Notes: generated by a model from the letters alone, not told the origin. 64,000 nucleotides of DNA from Thermoplasmatota archaeon (GCA_963818745.1 CAWFTI010000003.1:141212-205211); one strand, 5' to 3'. Positions 28,233-38,866 are shown, numbered from the stretch's first letter. Numbers and translations are program-made.

Positions 28233-28266
28233 CACCTGAATACAGCCACCCCGCATCAGCGGCACG

Positions 28267-28884
28267 ATGATGGGAAGCAAGTTCAAGCATGTGTTCCTCG
28301 ACGCGGAGGGCACCCTCTACGTCCCGAGGAACGGCAAGTCGAGATGGGAGTTCTGGGCGGATCCGTCGCCCGAGGCGGCGCTCGAGTTCTTCGAGCTGGA
28401 TGCCGGGGTCTTCGAGGCGCTCGTGAAGCTGAGGGAGCGCGTGGACTCCCTGTGCATAGTGTCCATGAACAGGGAGGAGATACTAGACGCGCTCCTGGAT
28501 AAGTTCGGCATCAGGGATTTCTTCGACGCGATACTGCTCAACGGCGACAAGGGGAAGAGGATCGAGGAATACTTGGACGCGCACGGGTTCGACAGGTCCG
28601 AGGCCGTCATGGTGGGGGATATGCCCGTCCTCGACCTGTATCCGGTTCGCGCGGTCGGGGTGGAGGCGATCCTGGTCGATAGGCACTACAACAGGAAGGC
28701 CAAGGCCGAGAGGATCCCGGGAGTCTCGGAGCTCCCGTGCTGGCTGCGGATGGCGGACATCGCGGAAGCCCCGAAGAGCAGAGTGGCAACGCTGGACGAG
28801 TTCCTGTGTGCTTCCCTCAGGAAGGGCGAGGACGCGCTCGCGCAGGCGGGCACCAAAAGATTGATTGTGCTCTCTGGTGCTTGA
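28267..28884 (+). CDS. HAD-superfamily hydrolase
   Basis: Motif I is VFLDAEGTLY (with a D-x-E variant). SMNREE and the GDKGKR/VGDMPVLD motifs follow. Confidence 0.65.
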   Translation: MMGSKFKHVFLDAEGTLYVPRNGKSRWEFWADPSPEAALEFFELDAGVFEALVKLRERVDSLCIVSMNREEILDALLDKFGIRDFFDAILLNGDKGKRIEEYLDAHGFDRSEAVMVGDMPVLDLYPVRAVGVEAILVDRHYNRKAKAERIPGVSELPCWLRMADIAEAPKSRVATLDEFLCASLRKGEDALAQAGTKRLIVLSGA

Positions 28885-28929
28885 GGTGACCGTGATGGGC
28901 GAGTTCATCGGATTTGGAGGACAGGCGAG

Positions 28930-30348
28930 ATGACGACGGTCACCCCGTATGGCGGCATAGGCGAGATCGGCGGGAACAAGATGCTGCTCAAGGACGGGGA
29001 CACGCGCCTGTTCCTCGACTTCGGCATGAGCTACAACCAGAGGGGGAAGTACTACGAGGAGTACCTCAAGCCCAGGGTCGGCTCGGGCCTGTCCGACCTG
29101 ATCAAGACGGGGCTTCTGCCCCGTCCGTCGCTCCCGGACTTCAAGGGGGTGTACAGGAGCGACTACATGCAGATGCTGGGCGCCGCGAAGGAAGAGCCCA
29201 CCCTGAGGGCGGTCCTCCTGAGCCACATACACATGGACCACTCGTCCTACATCGCGTTCCTTCACGAAGACGTCCCGATCTACGCTTCCAAGGAGTCAAT
29301 CGCGATAGCCGAGGCCGTGAGCGTCGCCGGCCAGAGGGACTTCGAGAGCGAGATGTTCAATTTCAAGGAGAGGCCCAAAGAGTCCAAGGCCGAACCGGTC
29401 CAGAGGCGCTGGGAGGAGATCGTCCCCGGGAAGAAGTTCACCATCGACGGCCTCGAGGTCGTCGGCCTGCCAGTCGACCACTCCGTCCCCGGAGCGATGA
29501 TGTTCCTCATACACGGGTCCGAAGGTTCGGTGCTCTACTCCGGCGACCTCCGGGTCGAGGGATACGGGAAGGAGACAGAACGCTCGATGGAGGCACTTCG
29601 CGACGAGGACATCGACCTCATGTTCTGCGAGGGCACCAGGGTCGATTCCACGGAGAAGCGGACGGAGGACGACATCAGGTCCGAGGCGGGCGCCGTCGTG
29701 GCGGCCACCAAGGGCCTTGTGGTCGCCGGCTACGCGTTCAGGGATGTGAAGAGGATGCTCACATTCCTGGACGTCGCGCGGTCCTCGGGCAGGAAGCTCG
29801 TCCTGATGCCCAAGGAGGCGTATGTGCTCGAGACGCTGAGGGCCAGAGGCGCGTCCGTGCCGGACCCGAGGACGGACCCGGGCATCGAGGTGCTGATCGA
29901 ACGCAAGAAGTCGGGGTCATATGATGAGAGCGACTACAACAAGTGGGAGCGGCAGTTCCTCGGCTATCGGAACGCCGTCAGGAGTGTCGACCTCCCGTTG
30001 GGTGCCCGCGACAGAATCGTGCACGCGGGGTTCTTCGACATGACCACGATGCTGGACTTCGACATGCCCTCCGGGAGCGCCTACATACACTCCCTGACGG
30101 AGGCGCACAACGAGGACATGGAGATCGACGACAAGCGCCTGAACAACTGGCTGAAGCTCCTCCACCTGCCGAGGACGAACACCCACACATCCGGCCACGC
30201 GTGCCGTCAGGAACTCCTGAGGCTGATCTCGGCCGCCGACCCAGGGTCGCTCGCGCCCATGCACACGACGCATCCAGGGCACTTCAGCAAGCTCCACGGC
30301 CAGGTCAAGCGTCCGAAGACGGGCAAACCGCTGACGGTCCTCGAATAG
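28930..30348 (+). CDS. Beta-CASP metallo-beta-lactamase ribonuclease (archaeal RNase J-like)
   Basis: YGGIGEIGGNKMLL..., LLSHIHMDHSSY (HxHxDH), and a C-terminal HTSGHA motif typical of beta-CASP enzymes. Confidence 0.7.
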   Translation: MTTVTPYGGIGEIGGNKMLLKDGDTRLFLDFGMSYNQRGKYYEEYLKPRVGSGLSDLIKTGLLPRPSLPDFKGVYRSDYMQMLGAAKEEPTLRAVLLSHIHMDHSSYIAFLHEDVPIYASKESIAIAEAVSVAGQRDFESEMFNFKERPKESKAEPVQRRWEEIVPGKKFTIDGLEVVGLPVDHSVPGAMMFLIHGSEGSVLYSGDLRVEGYGKETERSMEALRDEDIDLMFCEGTRVDSTEKRTEDDIRSEAGAVVAATKGLVVAGYAFRDVKRMLTFLDVARSSGRKLVLMPKEAYVLETLRARGASVPDPRTDPGIEVLIERKKSGSYDESDYNKWERQFLGYRNAVRSVDLPLGARDRIVHAGFFDMTTMLDFDMPSGSAYIHSLTEAHNEDMEIDDKRLNNWLKLLHLPRTNTHTSGHACRQELLRLISAADPGSLAPMHTTHPGHFSKLHGQVKRPKTGKPLTVLE

Positions 30349-30453
30349 GCGTCCCGACCCCCCGTCCGGGAGCGTGGAAGTTGTATGTACATTCAAATCG
30401 CTTAAAAGGGTAAAGGATTGTCCCTCTTTCAACACGGGAGCCGTGACCCTAGG

Positions 30454-31522
30454 ATGCACGCGGTGGTCAAGAGTCGCAGGGAGCCGGGAGCGGACATACA
30501 GAATGTCGACAAGCCCACGGTGGGGAAGGGCGAGGTCCTCGTCGAGACCAAGTTCACCTCGATATGCGGGACCGACGTCCACATCTGGGACTGGAACCAC
30601 TGGGCGGAGAAGCGTCTGAAGAAGCTCCCGATCGTCTTCGGGCACGAGTTCTGCGGACAGGTGGTCGAGGTCGGCAAGGGTGTCAAGTCCGTCGAGGTCG
30701 GAGACATGGTCTCCGCGGAGACGCACATAGTGGACGGCACGTGCTACCAGTGCAGGACCGGCAGGATGCACATCTGCCGCGACATGAAGATCCTCGGAGT
30801 GGACACGGACGGCGTGTTCGCGGAGTACGTCAAGCTCCCTGAGCTGAATGCAAGGAAGCTCCCGAAGGGTCTGGACCCGCAGCTGGGGTCGCTTCTGGAG
30901 CCGCTGGGCAACGCGACCTTCACTGTCCTGCCGCACGACTGCGAGGACGACATCAAGGGCAAGAACGTGGTCGTCTCCGGCTGCGGCCCGATCGGGCTCA
31001 TGGCGATCCCCGTCCTCCAGGTTCTCGGCGCGAAGAAGATCATCGCGCTCGAGCTCAAGAGCGAGAAGGTCAGGTTCGCCCTTGCGAAGTCCCTCGGCGC
31101 TGACCTCGTCCTGGACGCTGCGATCAACCACGACAAGCTCGCGGAGACGGTCAGGCAGGCCACGGACGGCAACGGGGCCGATGTCGCGCTGGAGATGTCC
31201 GGCGCTGCCCCGGCCCTGAGGCACATATTCGAGATGCTCACGCCGGGCGGCAGGGTATCCATACTCGGCCTCTACAACGACCCGGTGACGCTCGATGTCA
31301 ACAACCTGATCACGTTCAAGTCGGCCACGGTCTACGGCATCACGGGCCGGAGGATGTTCCAGACCTGGGACCAGATGCACAGGATCCTGAAGAAGGAGGA
31401 GTTCAGGGCGAAGCTTTCATCTATCAGTCACGCACACCTTACCCATAAGGGACATCGCGGAGGGCATGCACCTGATCCGCACGAAGCAGGCGGCCAAGGT
31501 GTCCCTCAAGCCAGAGTGGTGA
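30454..31522 (+). pseudogene. tdh: L-threonine 3-dehydrogenase; one frame break near the 3' end as written
   Basis: Zn-ADH motifs are present (ICGTDVHIWDWNHW; GHEFCGQVVEVG; CYQCRTGRMHIC; VVSGCGPIGL). The C-terminus VTHTLPIRDIAEGMHLIRTKQAAKVSLKPEW* is reached by a hop at ~31424-31428. The gene ends 4 nt before kbl. Confidence 0.85.
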
Positions 31523-31526
31523 GGAG

Positions 31527-32726
31527 ATGGCCAAGAGAGACCCGGTATCCTTTCTGAAGTCGGAGTACGACCAGCTAGTGAAGAGCGAGCTCGACTGGAG
31601 GCTAAGGGTGCTCCAGGGCCCGAGCACGCCCAGGTGCACCGTGGACGGCAGGAGCGTCCTGATGCTCTGCTCCAACAACTACCTCAGCCTGAGCAACCAC
31701 CCCAAGGTCAAGGCCGCGGCCGTGCAGGCCGTGTGCTCCCACGGGGCCGGCTCAGGGTCGGTGAGGCCCATCGCCGGGAACATGGACCTGCATGTCGAAC
31801 TCGAGAACCGCCTGGCCAAGTTCAAGGGGGCCGAGGCGTCCCTGGTCTACCAGACGGGCTTCGCTGCGAACGCGGGGCTCATACCCCAGCTTGCGGACGA
31901 AGGGGACATCATCATCAGCGACGAGCTCAACCACGGGAGCATAATAGACGGCGTGAGGCTGTCGAAGGCCGACCGGGCGGTGTACAAGCACTGCGACGCC
32001 CCGGACCTCAAGAACGTCCTCGAGAAGGCGGAGGGGCACTCGCCCGCTTACCGCAGGATCCTGATCATCACCGACGGCGTGTTCAGCATGGACGGCGACA
32101 TGGCCCCGCTGGACAAGATCGCGCCGCTCGCGAAGGACCACGGGGCCATGGTCTATGTCGACGACGCGCACGGGGAAGGCGTGCTCGGGGAAGGCGGCAG
32201 GGGCATAGTGTCGCACTACAAGCTCGGCAGGAAGGACGTCCAGGTCGAGATGGGCACGTTCTCCAAGGCGTTCGGCGTGGTCGGAGGGCATGTGTCCGGC
32301 AGCAGGGCCCTGGTCGATTTCGCCTACAACAAGTCGAGGACATGGCTGTTGAGCGGGTCGCACCCGCCAGCGGTGGTGGCCGCGTGCATAGCCGCGATAG
32401 ACGTGCTCGAGACGGAGCCGCAGCATGTGAAGAACCTCTGGACGAACACCCTCTACTTCAGGAAGGGCATCCAGAAGATGGGGTTCGACACCGGGAAGAG
32501 CCAGACGCCGATCATACCGGTGATGGCCGGGGACAGCGGCGCGGCGAAGAGGCTGAGCGCGCGCCTGTTCGAGGAGGGCGTGTTCGCCCTGCCGATCGTG
32601 TTCCCGATGGTCGCCAAGGACAAGGCGCGCATCAGGACGATCATGAACGCGGCTCTGACCAAGGACGACCTCGATGAGGCCTTGCGTGCGTTCGAGAAGA
32701 TCGGGAAGGAGCTGAAGCTTATCTAA
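31527..32726 (+). CDS. kbl: 2-amino-3-ketobutyrate CoA ligase (glycine C-acetyltransferase)
   Basis: 399-aa intact ORF containing NNYLSLSNHPKV, DELNHGSIIDG, DDAHGEGVLG, and GTFSKAFG (PLP lysine). Confidence 0.88.
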   Translation: MAKRDPVSFLKSEYDQLVKSELDWRLRVLQGPSTPRCTVDGRSVLMLCSNNYLSLSNHPKVKAAAVQAVCSHGAGSGSVRPIAGNMDLHVELENRLAKFKGAEASLVYQTGFAANAGLIPQLADEGDIIISDELNHGSIIDGVRLSKADRAVYKHCDAPDLKNVLEKAEGHSPAYRRILIITDGVFSMDGDMAPLDKIAPLAKDHGAMVYVDDAHGEGVLGEGGRGIVSHYKLGRKDVQVEMGTFSKAFGVVGGHVSGSRALVDFAYNKSRTWLLSGSHPPAVVAACIAAIDVLETEPQHVKNLWTNTLYFRKGIQKMGFDTGKSQTPIIPVMAGDSGAAKRLSARLFEEGVFALPIVFPMVAKDKARIRTIMNAALTKDDLDEALRAFEKIGKELKLI

Positions 32727-33241
32727 TCGGCCTCGTACTCCTCGTGTTCCTGCCTCTCGGCGACGGATATCTTGAACTCCTCCCTGGGAGTGACGACCTC
32801 GAAGATGACCGTGTCGACGATCCCCTTCTCCTTGAGGGATTGCTGGGGCGGGAGCATGTGGTGCTTCTCGAAGAACTTGATGAGCTGGTCCCTCCCGTCG
32901 TCGGTCACCGCCTTCTTTATGACCGCGGGCTTCTTCCAGAAATAGGGACCGAGCTTCACGACCGTCCGCTTGCCCTCGACGTGAAGGACGACTTCCTCGT
33001 TGCTCTTCGTGAAGTACTTGTCGCGGGTGGCCGTCGGGATCTCAATGCCCCTCGACCTGTTGGGCCCCTGCCATATCGTCGCCTCGAAGGAGTCACCAGT
33101 GGCCGATGTGGGGGCGGCTTCGGGGGCCTTGGGAGGATATGTGAGGACGTGGCACGTGGGACAGAACATCGCTTCGGTCTCCTTCCTGCATCTGTTGCAC
33201 ACGCGCACTATGCCAGCTCTCCCGAGTTCCACGTAGACCAT
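32723..33241 (-). CDS. Hypothetical protein with an N-terminal zinc ribbon
   Basis: CNRC-x9-CPTC in the first 35 aa. The rest shows no recognisable family. Confidence 0.45.
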   Translation of the reverse strand: MVYVELGRAGIVRVCNRCRKETEAMFCPTCHVLTYPPKAPEAAPTSATGDSFEATIWQGPNRSRGIEIPTATRDKYFTKSNEEVVLHVEGKRTVVKLGPYFWKKPAVIKKAVTDDGRDQLIKFFEKHHMLPPQQSLKEKGIVDTVIFEVVTPREEFKISVAERQEHEEYEAD

Positions 33242-33355
33242 CTTATGACTTCAACCTTTGCGTCCAGGGCGGATCGGCGATTCGCGCAGTGATCCCGTTT
33301 GGGGAATGCCTTAATGTCGGCATCGTAGATGGGGTCCCTAGCGGAGGAGCGTCGC

Positions 33356-33832
33356 ATGGCGAAAATCCTGATAGTCTACTACTCGCGCAGCGGGAACACG
33401 AAGAAGATGGCCTACATGGTCCAGAAGGGCGTCATGGATGAGGGCGTCGAGGTCGACACGAAGGATGTCAAGGAGGTCGGACCGACCGACCTGCTGAAGT
33501 ACGACGGGATCATCATCGGCTCGCCCACATACTACGGCCTGCCGTCGGCGGAGATCAAGGAACTGCTGGATAAGACCTACAAGATACACGGGAAGCTCGA
33601 CGGGAAGGTCGGCGGGGCGTTCACGTCGAGCCACCACGTCGGAGGCGGCAACGAGACGACCATACTCGCGATACTCGAGGCGATGCTCGTGCACGGGATG
33701 ATCATCTACGGCGACGCGGACGGCGACCACTACGGGCCCGTCGCTCTTCTGAAGCCGAACAAGGCCGTGGAGAAGAAATGCGTCAGGTTCGGGAAGCGCA
33801 TCGCTTCGCTGACGAAGCGCCTCCACGGCTGA
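33356..33832 (+). CDS. Flavodoxin-fold protein (WrbA/NAD(P)H:quinone oxidoreductase-like)
   Basis: MAKILIVYYSRSGNTKKMA...IIIGSPTYYG...GGAFTSS. GGAGGAG lies 6 nt upstream of the ATG. Confidence 0.75.
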   Translation: MAKILIVYYSRSGNTKKMAYMVQKGVMDEGVEVDTKDVKEVGPTDLLKYDGIIIGSPTYYGLPSAEIKELLDKTYKIHGKLDGKVGGAFTSSHHVGGGNETTILAILEAMLVHGMIIYGDADGDHYGPVALLKPNKAVEKKCVRFGKRIASLTKRLHG

Positions 33833-33841
33833 GTCGGTCCA

Positions 33842-34097
33842 TCAGGTGGACCACGGGTTCGAGAACGACACTTCCTGGAAGTCCTCGGACTCCTTCCCGG
33901 TCGTCGCGTACCTGTAGAGGGCGGCGACGAGGACGGACTGGGCCGCAGACGCGACGATGCCCAGTATGAGCCAGTAGACCACCATGACCACAGCCCCGAC
34001 GATGAGTCCGGCGACCCCTGCGAGCACGAATCCGAGGATGGGCAGCAGTATCCCCGCGAGGCCGAGCAGCACGAATATCGCGCCCTATGCGTCCCAT
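33842..34097 (-). pseudogene. Small membrane protein; one frame break close to the start as written
   Basis: GGAGG followed by ATG at 34097 gives MGRIG.... The hydrophobic body (AIFVLLGLAGILLPILGFVLAGVAGLIVGAVVMVVYWLILGIV...LYRYATTGK...) is in another frame. The join sits at a GGG run near ~34078-34084. Alternatively the gene starts at the GTG at 34072. Confidence 0.45.
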
Positions 34098-34198
34098 GTT
34101 GCTTGCCTCCTTTACTGTGTGATTCCTACTGCGTATCGTAGTAATGTCAAATACGTACCAGCACGTGGTATCCTTATCCGCGTACGCGCGCAGGGTGT

Positions 34199-37100
34199 CT
34201 AAAGCCTTTTCAGGTCTTCCGCCTTGCTCTCCTCCTTCTTCCGTGGGGGTTTCCTCGAGGGCCTCTGCTCCTGTTCCTCCTCTTCGGACACCGCCTCGTC
34301 CTCGGCTGGCTCCTCGTCCGACGGCGGGCGCGGCCTCCTCTTCTCCGTCGGTTCCTCCTCTCCCTTCAAGGGCGCGTTGCACCTCGGGCATCTGTCCGAG
34401 CCCCTGATGCACTCCTTGCAGAGGATCGCCTTGCACTTGCCGCACCTCGCGACGGCGACCCCTCCGTGGAACAGGCACCTCCTGCCGATGAGGTCCGAGG
34501 GCACCTCCTCTTCCTTCTTTGCCTCGGGCTCCCGCCGCGACCGCTCCCTGGGCCTGCGCTCCTCCTCGTGCGGCTGCTCCCTGCGCTTCCTGGCGGGCGG
34601 AGGTCCGAACCTGGGTGCCTCCTCTTCCCTCCCGCGCTCCTCGGGCTGCTCCTCCTGGCCGGCGTACCTGTGCCCGCGCGCCTGCCTCTCCTCGAACGGG
34701 GAGTACTGGCCGTACCCCTCGCCGACGATGGACTTGATCTTGATGGAGGGCGTCTCGAACCCTCCTCCCTGGAATGTCAGCAGGATCGTCACCAGCTGCC
34801 TGGCCTGGTAGACACCGACGCCCAGGTTCCTGATGATCCCCAGGACGTTCTTCTGGTCGTCGGGCAGGTCGAGGGCCTGCCGCAGGAAGGTGTCCGTCTG
34901 CGGGTCGGTCGCCCTCGTGCCGAACTCGTGCTCCTCGACGGTCTGGATGTAGCTCAGTATCCTCTTCGCGCTGGATATCTTGAGCTCCGGGAAGTTCACG
35001 GAGATGTCGCAGAGCCTCAGCCCGAATTCAGCGAGGTCACGCTTCTCCATCGTGTTGACGAGTATCTCCCGGGACATCTTCTCGAACCGCTCGAAGTCCT
35101 GCTTGTTCATGCCGGACAGGCTGAGCTCCTCCTTCCCGCTCAGGTACTCGAGGACCTCTCCGAGGAACGCGTACGGTATGCCGCACACCTTGAACGCCTC
35201 CTCCTTGGTGACCGGCCTTCCGTGGGTGTACTCGAAATCGAGCACCCTGCGCGAGTACTCCTCTATCTTCGTGCGCCTGATCTCGTCCTCTGCGTGCTTC
35301 CTACCGTCGCTGGCGGCCTGGAAGTACGGGTCGATGCTCAGCGCGTGGTCGTAGCATCTGAGCGCCTGCTCCGGCCTGCCCAGCTTGAGCATGACCTGCG
35401 CCTTCGCGTTCCAGGCCTCCTTGTCGTTCGAATCCAGGCCGATCGCGCGGTCGTACGAGCTGACCGCCTCCTCGTACATCTCCTGCTTCTCCATCGCGAA
35501 ACCCTTGCTCATCCATATCTTCGCGTTGGAGCTCTCGATGTCGAGGGACCTGTCGAAGCAGGAGTCCGCGTCCGCGAACCTCTCCAGCTCTAGGTGCAGC
35601 AGGCCGAGCCTGTACCACGCGGCCTGGTCCTCGGGGTCGATCTCGAGGGCCTTCATGTAGGACCTCACGGCCTCCTCCTTGTTGCCGGTGGCCTCGGACG
35701 CCTTCGCCTTGCTCGTCCACAGGTCCTTGTCGTTCAGCCCGAGCCTGGTGGCCTCGTCGAAGCATCCCATCGCCTCGGAGACCCTGTTCAGCTTGAGGAG
35801 CGCCATGCCCATGTACTTGAGCGCCGAGGGGTCCTTCGGCGCGAGCCTCCTGGCCTCGTTGAACGAGTTGATGCTGTCGTCGAACCTTCCCAGGCTCGCC
35901 AGTGGCCCTCCCCTCGTTCGTGTGGAACTCGGCGACGTTCGGGAGGATCGTGATGGCCTTCTTGAAGTCCGCGAGCGCCTCCTCGGCCCTCCTCAGCTCC
36001 AGGAACGCCTTGCCCCTGTTGTTCAGGACGAACGGCTGGTTGGAGTCGAGCTTGATCGCGTACTCGAACGCCTCCGCTGCCTGCGCGGGGTTCCCTCCTC
36101 CGAGCAGCAGGAGTCCCTTCCTGTTCCACAGGAATACGTCCTTCGGGTCGAGCGCGAGCGCCGCCTCGTACCCCTTCAGCGCGTCGCTGAGCCTGCCGAG
36201 CTTCTCGTGCGCGGCCGCCCTGTCGGCGAGCGCGGGCTTGTTCTTCGGGCTCAGCTTCAGTATCCGGTCGCAGACGGAGACGACGGCCTCCTGGTCGTCC
36301 ATCTCCTTGAGAGCCAGCTTCTTGAGCTCGAGGGTGTCGAGGTCGTCGCCCTCGATCTCCAGGGCCTTGTTGAAGCAGAGAAGCGCCTCGTTCGGCTTCT
36401 TCATGAAGAGCGATGCGCTGCCCTTGTCCACGAGTGTCTCCTTGTCCTTGTGCGACAGCGCGAGTATCTCGTTCGACACCAGCACCACCTCGGGGTAGCG
36501 CTTCATCGACTTCAGGAGGTCCTTCTTCGCCTTGAGGACCATGAGACTGCTGGGCGAGAGCTTCAGGGATGCGTCGTAGGCGGACAGGGCTTCCTCGGAC
36601 CTGCCGAGCTTTCCGAGCAACAACCCCTCTTTCATGCGCAGCTCGGGCATCGTCTGGTTCCAGTGGACGGCCTCTCTCACGGCTCCGATCGCGTCGTCGT
36701 ACCTCTCGAGCCATTCCAGCGCGATGCTCTTCAGGAACCAGACGTCCGAGTCCCTGGGGTCGAGCTTGAGCGCGTGGTCGTACGACGCAAGCGCTTCCTC
36801 GTACCTCCTGAGCTCCACTTGTGCCTTCCCGGTGAGCCTGTGCGCTCCCTTGTCGCTCGGGTCCAGCTCGACCGTCTTCTTGAGCGACTGCACGGACTCC
36901 TCGTACTCCTTGGCCTGGAAGCCCGCCTCTCCCCTGATCTTCCAGAGAGGGGCGCTGGACGGGTTCACCGCTATCCCCTGCTTCGCGTAGTCCACCGCCT
37001 CCCTGGGCTTCCCGACGCGCAGGTAGACGGAAGCGATCTTGATGAATATGTCCGGGTTCGACGGGTCGTGCTTGAGGGCGAGCCTGTAGGTGGCGAGCGC

Positions 37101-38610
37101 ATCGTCTGGCTTGTTCGACCTGTCCAGCGCGACCGCCTTGTCGAGGTACGCGACCTTGTTGTCAGGGTCGATGGAGATGATCCTGTCGCACACATCGATG
37201 ACGTCGGCGTCCTTGTGCAGCATCTTGTGCGCGTCCTTGAGGCTCTCGAGTATCTGGAGCTTCTGCGGGGCGCTCTTGAGCGCCTTCTCGAAGGTCTTGA
37301 CCGCGTCCTGGGGCTTCCCGAGCATCATCTGCGCGACGCCCTTGTCGTGCATGGCCGAGTGGTCCGAGGGGTCGACGTCCAGCATGGTGTTGCTCCAGGA
37401 GACGACCTCGGCGTGACGCCCGAGCTTCATCAGGCAGTCCTTCTTGAGGCTCATCGCATCCTTGGTCTTGGGGGCGACATGGAGCGAAGCGTCGACGAAT
37501 GTGAGGCACTCCCCGTACCTGGTGAGCGCGTGGAGCGCCCTTGCCTTGTCCAGGAGCGCCTCGTGGTCCTTCGGGTTCAGTACGACTATGCGGTCGCAGA
37601 CCCCGATGGCCTGCTCGAACCTCCCGGCCTTCATGAATGTCTTCTTCTTGTTGTTCAGGACGACCAGGTCGTTGGGGTCCATGGACAGGGCGCGGTCGAA
37701 GGAGGCCACGGCATCGTCCAGCATGTTCAGCTCCTCCTGGACGACCCCGAGCTCGTTCCAGACCACCTTGTTGCCGCGGTCTATGTCGGCGGCCTTCGCG
37801 AAGCTCTTGAGCGCCTCGTCGCGTCTCCCCAGCTTGTGATATATCCTGCCGAGGTTGTCCAGGATGTAGACGTCCTCGGGCGCGATCTGAAGCGCCTCGT
37901 TGAGCGAACGGATCGCTTCTTCGCTCTTGCCAGAGACGTTGAGCGAGGCGGCATGTCCGATCCACATCTCCTTGTCCTTGGGGTCGATGTCTATGCCCAC
38001 GCCGAACGTCCGGACCGCCTCTTCGTGCTCTGCCCAGCCGCGCGAGCGTCTGAGCCTTCTTCTTGATCATGTCCGTGTCCTTGGGCGCGTGGACCAGTAT
38101 CTTCTCATAGTGACGGATGCTGTTCGGGTCTATCGCTAGCACGCGCTTGTAGCACTCGATCGCGCTGCTCACGTCGCCCAGGGTGTCCTGGGTCTCGCCG
38201 AGGAGCGACCAGTACTCGGTCGAGTTCGGGGTCGCACCGACGGCGTTCTTCATCCACGACAGCGCCTCGTCCTTGTTGCCGAGTCTGAGGGCGGACCTCC
38301 CGGCGACCGCCATTGCATCGGCGTTCGACGGGTTCAGCTGGAGCGAGACCTTGGCGGTGTCGTAGGCGGCCTGCGCGCGGTCGAACGCGACCAGCTTCGA
38401 ACCTACGGAGGAGAATATCTTCGAGAAGTCCGGCCTCTTCTTCTCGATGAACATCATGCTCTCCTTGAGCATGGCGAGAGTCTTCTCGAGCTCGGCGAGA
38501 GCCTCGTTCCTCTTTCCTTCTTTCGTGAGGCTGTCGACTCGGGCCAGTTCCTTGCTGGCTCTCGCTAGGAGCTTGCTCTCCTTGTTGAACATCGAATCTA
38601 GCAAACCCAA
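34199..38610 (-). pseudogene. Giant (~1470 aa) TPR-repeat protein with a C-terminal globular region, a charged linker and an 8-ligand zinc module; two frame breaks as written
   Basis: Three long minus-strand ORFs (37162..38610, 35301..38000, 34199..35812) join seamlessly by single-base hops at ~38028 (..LARLGR/HEEAVRTFGVGIDIDPKD..) and ~35912 (..NEGRA/LASLGRFDDSINSF..). There are dozens of 34-aa TPR units (A..y..AL.ldP....). The zinc module is C-x2-H-x7-C-x2-C-x4-C-x2-C-x6-C-x2-C. Confidence 0.75.
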
Positions 38611-38775
38611 ATCCTTCCCACCTGGATACTGAACTTAATGAGGTTGTCTTGATAAAATGGTTTGGTGGTTCTTCTCGGCCGGTGCCCGGAGGCTCTCGGC
38701 AACGCGCGAAATGGCGTCCGACAGGTAAGAAAGCGGCTCAGAGGCTCCGCACTCAGTCTCCAATGGTCCAGTCTC

Positions 38776-38843
38776 AGAAATCTCTTAGAGATTTCTACGG
38801 ATGCTCCGTACGGTGAGTCAGACAGGTTTTGGGTCGGACTCAC
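38776..38843. repeat. Three consecutive inverted repeats/palindromes in a low-GC spacer
   Basis: AGAAATCTC-tta-GAGATTTCT lies at 38776-38796. TACGGA-tgc-TCCGTA lies at 38796-38810. GTGAGTC-(17 nt)-GACTCAC lies at 38813-38843. Confidence 0.5.
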
Positions 38844-38858
38844 GACATTTCAGGAAGC

Positions 38859-38866
38859 TATAAATA
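38859..38866 (+). promoter_or_regulatory. TATA box upstream of the small-ORF pair
   Basis: TATAAATA lies about 67-74 nt upstream of the ATG at 38933. An AGGATGGG SD-like motif precedes the ATG. Confidence 0.35.

Noticed and set aside
38681-38690. Possible att-like direct repeat of the tRNA-Gly 3' end (GGTGCCCGGA versus GGTGCCGGGA at 39438-39447)
   Set aside because: The match is only 9 of 10 nt in GC-rich sequence and is too short to support an integration scar. No integrase gene is present.
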